In this document: in pieces, positions 37,550 through 47,500 of the stretch
Layout: each line of letters opens with the position of its first letter
Position numbering within the stretch: position 1 is the stretch's first letter
NCBI GenBank assembly: GCA_038202925.1
Contig: JBBREM010000001.1
Span: forward strand, 3,509 to 67,508
DNA length: 64,000 nt
DNA from: Fimbriimonadales bacterium
Lineage (GTDB): Bacteria; Armatimonadota; Fimbriimonadia; Fimbriimonadales; Fimbriimonadaceae
Reading direction: 5' to 3'
Notes under the pieces: generated by a model
Seen by the model: the letters and a program-made list of their open reading frames with translations, nothing else
Database searches by the model: none
What the model was told of the DNA's origin: nothing
Position numbers and translations under genes: made by a program

Positions 37550-38415
37550 AGGACGATCTTGTTCAGCGGATACTCCACGATCCCTTGCGCCCCGGCTCCC
37601 TTCAGCCGCGGAATGATGCTTCGAACCATTGATTCCTCAAGGATTGTGTTGATCGCCAGCCACTCGCCGCCGCTCAGAGAGGAAATCGTCGGATGCTTCA
37701 AGGCGGGCAGGACCTCGAGGACCCCCGGCAGATTCCGTTGCTCGACGTTCAACATGAGGCCCACTTTGCCAATGGCTTCGATTGCCCCGGACAGCATCAC
37801 CCTGATATCGTCGAGCTTCTGACGCTTCCACTCATCCCGAATGGAATCGTTGTTCACGATGAGCTGCGTATTGGATTCCAGTACCGTGTCCACGATGCGG
37901 AGCTGGTTGGCTCTCAAAGAAGATCCCGTTTCGGTGACCTCGACGATCGCGTCGGCGAGCACGGGGGGCTTGACCTCAGTAGCACCCCAGGAGAACTCGA
38001 CCCGGGCTGAAACTCCGTTACTCTGGAGATATCGCTGGGTGGCTCCGACCAGTTCGGTCGCAATGGTTTTGCCTTGGAGATCGCATACATGCTGGACGTG
38101 GGAATTCTCCGGAACGGCAAGCACCCATCGCACCTTTCCGAAGCTCTTGCTGGCATAGATCAGATCGGCGATCGACACGACGTTCGCATCCGACTCGGCC
38201 ACCCAATCTGATCCGGTCAGTCCCGCATCGAGAACGCCGTTCTCCACGTAGCGGGCGATCTCCTGGGCGCGGATGAGCATGCATTCGATCTCTGGGTCGT
38301 CGATCGTTGGGAAATACGAGCGGCTGCCGATCACGATGTTGTAGCCTGCGCGTCGAAATAGATCGACGGTTGCGCCCTCCAGGGAGCCCTTCGGGATACC
38401 GAGCTTCAGCGTCAT
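37546..38415 (-). CDS. hisG: ATP phosphoribosyltransferase (long form) HisG
   Basis: [13 protein letters not shown]...DAGLTGSDW plus a C-terminal regulatory domain. ATG 38415 overlaps the hisI stop (ATGA). The ORF-track extension is antisense shadow over hisI. Confidence 0.9.
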   Translation of the reverse strand: MTLKLGIPKGSLEGATVDLFRRAGYNIVIGSRSYFPTIDDPEIECMLIRAQEIARYVENGVLDAGLTGSDWVAESDANVVSIADLIYASKSFGKVRWVLAVPENSHVQHVCDLQGKTIATELVGATQRYLQSNGVSARVEFSWGATEVKPPVLADAIVEVTETGSSLRANQLRIVDTVLESNTQLIVNNDSIRDEWKRQKLDDIRVMLSGAIEAIGKVGLMLNVEQRNLPGVLEVLPALKHPTISSLSGGEWLAINTILEESMVRSIIPRLKGAGAQGIVEYPLNKIVL

Positions 38416-38783
38416 GGGTAAACCTCGTCCGGATCGAAAGTCTTTTCGGCGGCGATGGTCCATTGGCCATTCTCGAGCTTCCTGAAGAAGCAGCTTCGAT
38501 AGCCCTCGTGGCATACTCCGGGCCCGATCGGATCGACCTTCAGGACAATCGCGTCTTGGTCGCAGTCGGTAAGAATCTCCCTGACCACGAGCTGATGTCC
38601 CGAGTCTTGACCCTTGAGCCACAATTTGCTTCTGCTGCGGCTCCAAAAGGTGGCAAACCCGGTCTCCACCGTGTGTTGCCACGCTTCCTCGTTCATGTAG
38701 GCCACCATCAAGACCTCGCCCGTCGCCGTATCCTGAGCGATCGCCGGGACCAGGCCGCCACCCTTGTTGAAGTCAATGTACAT
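38412..38783 (-). CDS. hisI: phosphoribosyl-AMP cyclohydrolase HisI (no HisE domain)
   Basis: [25 protein letters not shown]...[16 protein letters not shown]...[11 protein letters not shown]...[12 protein letters not shown] 38783 has AGGAGA 3 nt upstream. Confidence 0.9.
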   Translation of the reverse strand: MYIDFNKGGGLVPAIAQDTATGEVLMVAYMNEEAWQHTVETGFATFWSRSRSKLWLKGQDSGHQLVVREILTDCDQDAIVLKVDPIGPGVCHEGYRSCFFRKLENGQWTIAAEKTFDPDEVYP

Positions 38784-38796
38784 AGTTCTCCTATAG

Positions 38797-38834
38797 CCAA
38801 ATAACAAAGAGCCCACCGCAGTTGCGGTGGGCTC
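38797..38834 (-). terminator. intrinsic terminator of the his leader (attenuator stem-loop)
   Basis: Minus strand: GAGCCCACCG-CAACTG-CGGTGGGCTC (10-bp GC-rich stem) followed by TTTGTTATTT, 14 nt before the hisI ATG. Confidence 0.7.
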
Positions 38835-38860
38835 AAGGTTGTGAATAGTCGATTAGGCTC

Positions 38861-38944
38861 TCAACACGGCGGCACCGCAGCTTTTGCTACGTGATGATGG
38901 TGATGCCGATCGTTGAAACCCAAAGCAGCCCTATTATGGCACAT
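38861..38944 (-). CDS. candidate his operon leader peptide (MCHNRAALGFNDRHHHHHVAKAAVPPC)
   Basis: 27-codon minus-strand ORF with five consecutive His codons (CAT CAC CAT CAT CAC, plus-strand 38891-38905), ending 26 nt before the terminator stem. The segment GCTGCGGTG inside it duplicates the terminator 3' arm and can pair with the 5' arm. Confidence 0.6.
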   Translation of the reverse strand: MCHNRAALGFNDRHHHHHVAKAAVPPC

Positions 38945-39277
38945 GTTGCTCGTGATCGCGCTGACCGTGATCGTACTTCGGCTTCCGCGAGGCGAAAGCC
39001 GCTTTAAGCGCGAATGGGTTTCCATCCACCGGCGACTTGTCGGGCCCCGCCGTGAATTACTGACAGTCAAAAGTCCGACAGCGGCCCAAGGATCATTCCC
39101 AGCCAACTCCATGCCTCACACCCATGGCCCTGATTTTGGTGCTCTTAGACCTAACCGGCTGGCGTGGAACGATCAGCGGGCCTTATGCACTTGGGTCGTG
39201 GGGTTGGATTTTTTGTCGATTGTGAGACCGAACCGGCCCACTGGAGTGGCAGCTGAGCTGCCAATAGGAGATTGTTC

Positions 39278-40501
39278 ATGGTTGTTAGCACTCGCTTTTA
39301 CGTCGGATCGGCGATTCTTGCCTTGGCCGTACCCGCCATTCTCATTGGAGTGGGTCGGTCCTCCGACCACGCGGACACGCCGGAGATCGCGGCGGCGCCG
39401 GGCCGGGATTTGACGGATGTTTATATCTTTCCGAGCCCGACCGATTCTTCGCGAGTTGTGCTTGCGATGAATGTTCACCCCCTGATCGGACCCGGCCAGG
39501 GCGGAAACGTCAGCTTCGATCCGAACGTGCTTTACCAATTCAAGATCGACAACAGCGGCGATTCCGTTGAAGATTTGGTCATTCAGGCGCGATTCGAGGG
39601 ACATGGACGACACCAGCGTGTGATCGTGACCGGACCGACCAGGCCGAAGCGGACAGACTCGATCAACAGCGTCGTCGACGGGCCGAGGGCGCGCGGCACG
39701 ATTAATCAGATTTTCTCCGGACACGACAAGATGCAAGTCTTCGCAGGCGCCCGGGAAGATTCGTTCTTCTTCGATCTCGAGCAGTTTTTCAACATCCTTC
39801 CGGATCGAGCGACTCCGCTGAATGGGATGCCGGTTGCCAACCCCAACGATCCGCAGCAGACGAGTTGGAGACCCGAGGGCGAGGCAGTGGACTTCCTATC
39901 GAACGGCGGCTACAACGTGCTCTCGATCGTGGTGGAGTTGCCGAAGAAGTCGTTGCGCAGAGGCCATGGCGAAAGCGTTATCGGTCTATGGGCGACGACC
40001 AACTACAACGTGTCGAACGAATCCGGCTCGGCCTTCCGGCAGGTGGACCGCTTGGCTCGGCCAGCGGTCAATGAGGTGTTTGCGACGGTGGCCAATAATC
40101 GCCACAAGGTGAACGACGAGACCCAGCCGAGCCAGGACTTCAGCGAGCTGGCGAACGACATTCAAGGCTTTATGACCTTCCCGGCGGGGCGCTCTCAGGC
40201 CATCACCAACGTTGTGAAAGCCGTGTTGGTGCCGGACGTTCTGAAGGCCAATCTCGACGGACACGGCGCGGCCTACCTCGGCTATGAGACTAACGGCGCA
40301 ACCGGCGGCACCTTCGGCGGGCGCGCGCTGAACGATGATGTCATCGATATCTCGCTCGGGATCATCTTCGGGAACACGGTGCCGGCTCTTGGGCTCGCGC
40401 CGGACGACGGTAAGGAGATTCCTTCGCTGACCAGCGACCACGTCGGTCCCGGCGGCAAGCACTTCACACCGCACTTCCCGTACCTAGGGTCGCCGCGATG
40501 A
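39278..40501 (+). CDS. DUF4331 domain protein (secreted)
   Basis: Signal peptide, then SDHADTPEIAAAPGRDLTDVYIFP, the hallmark DUF4331 N-terminal motif. ATG 39278 has AGGAG 7 nt upstream. Confidence 0.85.
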   Translation: MVVSTRFYVGSAILALAVPAILIGVGRSSDHADTPEIAAAPGRDLTDVYIFPSPTDSSRVVLAMNVHPLIGPGQGGNVSFDPNVLYQFKIDNSGDSVEDLVIQARFEGHGRHQRVIVTGPTRPKRTDSINSVVDGPRARGTINQIFSGHDKMQVFAGAREDSFFFDLEQFFNILPDRATPLNGMPVANPNDPQQTSWRPEGEAVDFLSNGGYNVLSIVVELPKKSLRRGHGESVIGLWATTNYNVSNESGSAFRQVDRLARPAVNEVFATVANNRHKVNDETQPSQDFSELANDIQGFMTFPAGRSQAITNVVKAVLVPDVLKANLDGHGAAYLGYETNGATGGTFGGRALNDDVIDISLGIIFGNTVPALGLAPDDGKEIPSLTSDHVGPGGKHFTPHFPYLGSPR

Positions 40502-41631
40502 GAACGCTCACTCCGGTCCTTGCAAGCGCTACAGTTGTCGGGCTAGGCTGGCTCTTCATCGCTTCGGCGATGAGGCCGGCCGCGGCCGCCGGCTATGTGC
40601 GCGCGGCGATCGTACACCCCTCGTTCGATCCGGGACGGATCGAACGGGAGATTACATTCCACCGAGGCCGCGTAGCTCGCGATCCGGGAGGGCCGCTTGG
40701 ATGGTCGATGCTTAGCGCGGCCTACTTGGCGAAGAGCAAAGAGCTCGACACCGATCAGGCGGCTTGGGACGCCGAGAACGCTTCTCGGCATTCCCTTAAG
40801 CTGCGCCGGCGCAACAATGCTTCGGCGGCGAAGCGGCTTGTGCAGAGCCTGCTCGAGCAGCATCGGTTTCAGGATGCGCTTCTCGCGGCCAATGACGCGA
40901 TCGCCATTGATCCTTCCGACGAGGGAGCGAAGCGGGCAAAAATCGACTGTCTCATCGAAATTGGGAAGTTGGACGAAGCCAAGAAGGAGCTCGCGATGTT
41001 TCCCGCCAGCGATGGGGCGATGCTTCCCGAGCGCGCTCGGATCGCCTCATTGGAGGGGCGGCATGACGAAGCCATCAGTTATTTGAAAGCTGCACTTGCG
41101 CCGCTCGATGACAACATGGATGTCGGGCCTGAGGGGCTGGCCTGGTTCCACGTAAAGATCGCGGCGGAGCTGACGGCGATGAACCGTCTCGACGACGCGG
41201 AGGCGGAACTGACGACGGCGCTGAGGATGCACCCCCGCAACTATAAGGCGTGCCTAGGCATGGCAAAGATTGCGCTCGCTCGCGGCGACGCAAATGGCGG
41301 GGCGCGATGGTCTCTTGCTACCCTCAAGATAAGCAACTCGCTGGAAGCGAAGAGCCTGCTTGTTCGTTCAAGCGAGCTAAGTGGGAACTCGGCTCAGGCG
41401 ACGTATTGGACTCAGCGCATCGTTAGCCAATGGGTTGATGAGGACGCTCGCTACGGACGCCTCCGCAAAGGTGGGCCCCTCTCGGTACGCCCGGAGGACC
41501 GGGCGTTTGCCACCTTTGCGGCGGGTCACTTGCAGGGTGATCGCCGCGCGGAGCTTGCTGCGCGGCGCGATCTGAGGAATCGGCCTGACGCGGTTGCGGT
41601 CACTAACGCGAAAGCGCTGGGCGTGGGCTGA
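40498..41631 (+). CDS. TPR-repeat protein, translationally coupled to DUF4331
   Basis: The ATG overlaps the upstream stop (ATGA). Signal/anchor helix, then several TPR-like helix pairs. Confidence 0.65.
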   Translation: MRTLTPVLASATVVGLGWLFIASAMRPAAAAGYVRAAIVHPSFDPGRIEREITFHRGRVARDPGGPLGWSMLSAAYLAKSKELDTDQAAWDAENASRHSLKLRRRNNASAAKRLVQSLLEQHRFQDALLAANDAIAIDPSDEGAKRAKIDCLIEIGKLDEAKKELAMFPASDGAMLPERARIASLEGRHDEAISYLKAALAPLDDNMDVGPEGLAWFHVKIAAELTAMNRLDDAEAELTTALRMHPRNYKACLGMAKIALARGDANGGARWSLATLKISNSLEAKSLLVRSSELSGNSAQATYWTQRIVSQWVDEDARYGRLRKGGPLSVRPEDRAFATFAAGHLQGDRRAELAARRDLRNRPDAVAVTNAKALGVG

Positions 41632-41725
41632 GTTTGGCTGGGTGCCTCCATCCTTCTGGGTGGAGGCCCTTGAACTGGGGTCCATCCCGAGCGGATTTGA
41701 ACCACTGGAGACACAGAGAGCACGG

Positions 41726-41746
41726 CATTGGGTATTGGGTATTTAT
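41726..41746. repeat. short heptamer tandem (CATTGGG TATTGGG TATTTAT)
   Basis: Direct reading. A related GTATTGG GTATTGG GTGTTCG lies at 59751..59771. Confidence 0.6.
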
Positions 41747-41780
41747 TGGCTTTTTGTTCGGTACAGCAGGGCGAGGTCTC

Positions 41781-41806
41781 GATCCCTCGGCTTCGCTCGG
41801 GATGAC
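41781..41806. repeat. family A arm GATCCCTCGGCTTCGCTCGGGATGAC
   Basis: Matches 4068, 4709 and 62605. Confidence 0.75.
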
Positions 41807-41843
41807 AATTATGAGCTTGCGCGGAGTTGTCGATTACGCGTGA

Positions 41844-42965
41844 CTACACCTTTGCGGCGCGGCCTGTTCGGTTGGACTCAAGCGCGGCGGCGAAAACTCT
41901 GTGGCTTTCGACTGCTTCTTGTGGAGTTACGCACCCGATTCTGTCTCCAAGGGCCCCCGCGCGCTCGGCGAGGTAGGCGGCCCACATTTGGAGCAGGCAA
42001 TCGGAAAAGCCGGGTTCGAAGATGCCACCCGTGATCGTTTTGAATGGGCCTTGGGAGCCTAGGTCGATCCGATCCCAGCTCTGCTCTTTGCCGCTTTTGA
42101 AGAGCCAAAGAGTCTTGGGCTCTTTGGTCGAGAATTTCGCCCCGCCCTCGGTTCCGAGCACTTCGATGAACCAGGTGTTGGTCTCACCGGGGGCCATTCG
42201 CTTCATTTCTAGCCGCATCGGGACTTGTTCGTCGCCCACCTTGATGTCGGTGTGCAGCATTGCATTATCCCAGGTGTCGCACTTCACCATGCCGCCCTTG
42301 CCGTCCGGCCGCTCGGGGTAGCCCTTTTGAAGTTGGGCGTAGACGCGGGTGGGCTGCCAGCCTAGACGCAGAGGGATGTGGAGGGTGTGCAGGCCGAGAT
42401 CGCCCATCACGCCGATCTGGCCGCAGGATTCGGTACGGCGCTTCCAGTTCGCGGGCTTCGTGGGATCGAGATCGCTGGAGTGCCAGAAGCCCGCGCGGAC
42501 CTCAAGGAGCCGCCCGATCTTGCCCGATCGGGCCATCTCGTACAGCCGCTGCGCAGCGGGAAAGTAGGGGAATTCCGAGCCGCACCGGACGAACCTCTTG
42601 GTCGCGTCGATCTCCTTCATCAGGCGCTCGGCGGCGGAGAGGTCGATGCCGAACGGCTTTTCGGCGAGGAGGTCTTTGCCGGCCCTCAGCGTCGCTGAGT
42701 AAATCTCCTCGTGCAGGTCGTGGGGGACGGCGACGTAGACGACGTCAACGTCGGTGGCCAGCAGAACCTGGTAGCTCGTGGTGAAGTGCCGGACGGTGGG
42801 GACTTTTCGGAACCACTCCAGCGCCTTCTCCGAGACGTCGCAGACGGCGGTGAGTTCGGCGCGGATCGGGTAGTCCTCCAGCGCGAACCACCGGCCGAAG
42901 GCGCTGGCGGCTTCCCGGCCCATAAGGCCGCCGCCGATGATGCCCACGCGGACGGCGTCTCTCAC
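41844..42965 (-). CDS. Gfo/Idh/MocA family oxidoreductase
   Basis: N-terminal Rossmann motif VRVGIIGGGLMGRE and typical length (373 aa). Confidence 0.85.
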   Translation of the reverse strand: MRDAVRVGIIGGGLMGREAASAFGRWFALEDYPIRAELTAVCDVSEKALEWFRKVPTVRHFTTSYQVLLATDVDVVYVAVPHDLHEEIYSATLRAGKDLLAEKPFGIDLSAAERLMKEIDATKRFVRCGSEFPYFPAAQRLYEMARSGKIGRLLEVRAGFWHSSDLDPTKPANWKRRTESCGQIGVMGDLGLHTLHIPLRLGWQPTRVYAQLQKGYPERPDGKGGMVKCDTWDNAMLHTDIKVGDEQVPMRLEMKRMAPGETNTWFIEVLGTEGGAKFSTKEPKTLWLFKSGKEQSWDRIDLGSQGPFKTITGGIFEPGFSDCLLQMWAAYLAERAGALGDRIGCVTPQEAVESHRVFAAALESNRTGRAAKV

Positions 42966-43789
42966 TTGAGGTGTTCCATCGCCTGGGCGGCGGTGGCCTT
43001 GTCGTGGACGATCGCCATCAGCGCCCGGGTCATGCCGGTTGGATTCTTGTGCTGGATGATGTTTCGTCCGTAGACGATGCCGGCGACGCCTTGGCGCATG
43101 AGGGCTTCGGTGCGCTGCAGGATGACGTCGTCCGCCGCCTTGCCTCCACCGCGAACGAGCACGGGCACGCGGCCCACCTTCACGACCTGGCTGTACTGCT
43201 CAGCGTCGTCGGTCGGATCAGCTTTGATGATGTCGGCACCCAGTTCGACGGCTTGCCGGACGAGAGGCACGATCTTGTTGAGATCGCCATCGACGGTGTA
43301 GCCGCCGGCTTCCGCATTAGGCCGAAAGACGAGCGGCTCGATCATGAGCGGTATGCAGTAGTAATCGCACTCCGGCTTGATGCGCAGGATGTTCTCGATG
43401 CACTGATCGGTGATCTCGGGCTCGCCGGGGATCTGGAAGAGGTTGAGAACGACGCAGGCTGCGTCGAGCCTAACTGCTTGCTCCACCGGATCCTCGATCA
43501 TGCGGGAGAAGAGGGTGCGGGGGAGATCCTTGCCGTAGACGTTGGCGACGTCGGTGCGCAGAACTAGAGCCGGTTTGTTTTTTCCCGGGATGCGCTGCAG
43601 GAGCTCGGCTTGGCCGACGGTGAGCTGGATGGCGTCGGGGGCGGCCTCGACGAGTGTCTTGACGGCGGCGTCCATGTCCTCGATCCCGCTCAGGAAGGCG
43701 AGCTCATTGAAAAATCCGTGGTCGACCGCGACATCCAGGCAGCAGTTTGACTCGGGGTTGAACAGGCGGTTCAGGCGGTATTGCTTCAC
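42962..43789 (-). CDS. class I aldolase (DhnA/FbaB/LsrF family)
   Basis: CLDVAVDHGFFN, ...IIKADPTDD and VLVRGGGK motifs; 275 aa; 4-nt overlap with the downstream oxidoreductase. Confidence 0.8.
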   Translation of the reverse strand: MKQYRLNRLFNPESNCCLDVAVDHGFFNELAFLSGIEDMDAAVKTLVEAAPDAIQLTVGQAELLQRIPGKNKPALVLRTDVANVYGKDLPRTLFSRMIEDPVEQAVRLDAACVVLNLFQIPGEPEITDQCIENILRIKPECDYYCIPLMIEPLVFRPNAEAGGYTVDGDLNKIVPLVRQAVELGADIIKADPTDDAEQYSQVVKVGRVPVLVRGGGKAADDVILQRTEALMRQGVAGIVYGRNIIQHKNPTGMTRALMAIVHDKATAAQAMEHLK

Positions 43790-43798
43790 TCGAGTTTT

Positions 43799-44474
<676 letters not shown>

Positions 44475-44493
44475 TTGCGGCTTGTCATGCGCG

Positions 44494-44540
44494 CTCCAGC
44501 TTCGCTGGAGACGGGGAGACAGGAATGTCCACGCCACTGG
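44494..44540. repeat. double-hairpin repeat (family B)
   Basis: CTCCAGC-TTC-GCTGGAG then ACGGGGAGACAGGAATGTCCACGCCACTGG. Confidence 0.7.
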
Positions 44541-44567
44541 CCACGTGGCGTGTATTCTCACCGCAAC

Positions 44568-47500
44568 ATGTCGCCTGCCCTGTTGCTTTTTTTGTTAGTT
44601 GGCACTCGCCAACAGCCGTTGCCGCCCAAAACCGATACTTGTCTCTGCTTCATCAGCGAAAACCTGGCGAAGGGGAATGGGAACTGGTTCACGTATTTCA
44701 AGATTTCCGATCAGCAGCTTGTCATCAAGGAAGGGGATGTGCTTCGGTATGAGGTGTTCCTCGATCCGCGAAACCCGGTTGCGAAGGGTGGGATGGATGT
44801 TGATCCGGCAGACAACAGCGATGCGTTGCGCGATACCGGTGCGGTGGATCAGAACGGGCTGCGGGCGCATGGCGATGCGATGCTGACCCCGGCGGTGGGC
44901 AAGTGGTACCGCCGCGAGATCTCGCTCGACCGACTGCGCGGGAAGACGAGCGCGGCTTGGAATTTGGTCTTCGAGGGCGACGATGCGGGGACCTATGTGC
45001 AATTTGTGGATGACATCGAGGTCGACCACAAAGACGGCACGAAAACGGTCCTCTACGGCGATGGGACGCCGAAAACGCGCGAGTTGCTGATGGCGAACGG
45101 CTATACGAATAACCCGGCGTGCGAGGCGGTGGACCGGTCGTTGGTGAAGGAAGGGGCGAACCTGGATGCGGTGATCCGGTCCGTGTCCGCGAGCGCGGCG
45201 AAGCTGCGCGTGCTGAGCGAGGTTCGCAAGGATATCGACGTCGCCAAAGAATTCTCCAAGCGCAACCCGAGCGCCCATTTGGAAGGCCATGTGGCGGAGG
45301 CAATGAATCTGCTGAGCTCGGTGGACAAGAAGCCGAACCCAACGACGGAGGAGTTGCAGGCGGCGCTGCACGCGGCTCAGCATGCGCTCTCCCATGTGCA
45401 CCCGGAGATGACGAAATACACGGGGCACCTAGTCGGCCACGCGCATATCGACCTCCAGTGGCTGTGGGAGTGGCAGGAAGGCATCGTGGCCTCTCGGGAC
45501 ACGTTTGCTCAGGCGGTGAAGTTCATGGACGAAGTGCCTGGCTTCACATTTAGCCAGAGCAGCTCGACGATCTATCAGGCGGTCGAGGAGACCTATCCGG
45601 AGCTGTTCACGAAGATTAAGGCGAAGGTTGCTAAGGGGCAGTGGGAGCTGCTTGGAGGGCGCATCTGCGAGGGCGACACGAACATGATCTCGCCTGAGTC
45701 GCACGCGATGCAGTTCCTATACGGGCAGCGCTACTTCCGCGAGCGATTTGGCAAGAGCGCGGTGGTCGGCTGGGAGCCGGACACGTTTGGCCATACGATC
45801 CAGATGCCGCAGATTCTAAAGATGGGCGGGTGCGACTACTACTACTTCTGCCGCGGCGGGAAGGGCAAGCCGCTTTTCTGGTGGGAGGGGCTGGACGGGA
45901 CGAAGATGCTCACCTTCGACGAGCCGGCGTCCGGTTCTTGGTACAACAGCGACCTCTCCTACAAGCAGTTTAAGGAGATGATCGACTTCTACGACGGCAC
46001 CGGCAGCAAGGACATGCTGTGGGTATACGGCGTGGGCAATCACGGCGGCGGACCGACCCGCGAGCACATTCAGGAAGCGGTCAAGTGGATGCAGAAGGGC
46101 TACCTGCCCAACGTGCGATTCTCAACGGCGACGAACTTCTTCAAGGCGCTGGAGAAGTACGACCTGTCGAAGATTCCGGCAGTGAATCAAGAGCTCAATC
46201 CGGTGTTCGACGGCTGCTACACAACGCATTCGGAGATCAAGCAGGCAAACCGCGACGCGGAGGCTTGGACGACGAGTGCGGAAGCGGTGGCGTCGGTGGC
46301 GTCGCTAAACGGTTTCCATTATCCGAAGGCCGAGTTTCGTCGCAACTGGGAGGAGATTTGCTACAACCATCACCACGACACGCTGCCCGGTTCCGGCATT
46401 CACGCGCCGTATGAGAAGACGAAGGTGATGCTGGCGCGGGTGATCCTGGAAGATAAGGACATCATCACGCGGGCACTGGAAACGCTGACGCAGCGGGTGA
46501 CGCCGCCCAAGGGCGGGATCAGCGTGATGGTGTTCAACCCGACGGGATGGAGGCGGAGCGCCTGGTGCGAGACGCTGCTCGTGCAAAGCGGATGGAATCC
46601 CGATGCGCCGCTTGATCCTAATCACTGCACGGCGGTCGCGCCGGACGGCAAGAAGTATGCGGTCGACGTGCTCGACGAACCGAGCCGAAAGGCGCGGTTC
46701 TGGGCGGCGGATGTGCCCGCCTTCGGCTACCGCGTGTTTCACATCGTCAACGGCGAGGTGGTGAAGCCGGCGGTGCAGGCGCGGGATGGCGGCTACACGC
46801 TGGAGAACGACAACTTCGTGGTCGAGTTTGACAAGACTCGTGGTTTGATCAAGCGGCTCTACGACAAGAAGGCGCAGCGGACGATCGCGGCAAGTGGGCT
46901 TGGCCGGCTGGAAGCTCACTTCGAGTCGCCGCAAGGCATGAGCGCGTGGGTGCTTGGCAAGATCGACCGCGTGGAGGCGCTGGTGCCTGATTCTAGCGAG
47001 GTTCAGCAGGGGGCGGATTACGGGGAGGTGAGCTTCTCGTACCGGATGCCGAGCGTGAACAATCCGAAGCACGACACGCTGGTGAGGCAGACGTTTCGCC
47101 TGGAGGGCGGAGGGAGCCAGATCACCTGCGACATGGATTGCACGTGGAACCAGATCGGGAGCCCGACTACGGCCAATCCGAACCTTCGAGTGGCGTTCGA
47201 TACTGGCGTGGCAAAGCCGGTTGCAACCTATGAAGTGCCCTTTGGAGCTTTGGCTCGTCCGCTGGACGGCATCGAGTATCCGGCGCTTAAGTGGGCCGAT
47301 GTGTCGGGCGACGACTATGGGGTTTCGGTGTTCAACGATTGCAAGCACGGGCACTCGGCGGAAGGCACGACGCTGCGGCTGACCCTGATTCGGTCCAGCT
47401 TCAGCCCCGATCCGGTACCGAATCCGGGGCAACACCACTGGCGCTATGCGATCTATCCTCATGCCGGAACTTGGAAGTCGGCGGGAACGGTGCAGAAGGC

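Noticed and set aside
38416-38682. N-terminal extension of hisG in the ORF track
   Set aside because: It overlaps hisI. HisG homology starts at [10 protein letters not shown] (ATG 38415, ATGA-coupled).
38945-39112. Longer version (83 aa) of the his leader ORF
   Set aside because: The upstream part has no coding features. A short leader starting at the ATG nearest the His run fits the attenuator model better, although the true start is unverified.
39247-39261. Sigma-54 type promoter (TGGCAG-N5-CTGC) upstream of the DUF4331 gene
   Set aside because: It deviates from the TGGCAC-N5-TTGC(A/T) consensus. It would also place the transcription start only about 8 nt before the ATG, inside the RBS.
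38913-39413. 166-aa plus-strand ORF in the his-leader / DUF4331 intergenic region
   Set aside because: It overlaps the DUF4331 start and the his leader, has Arg-rich low-complexity composition, and has no RBS.
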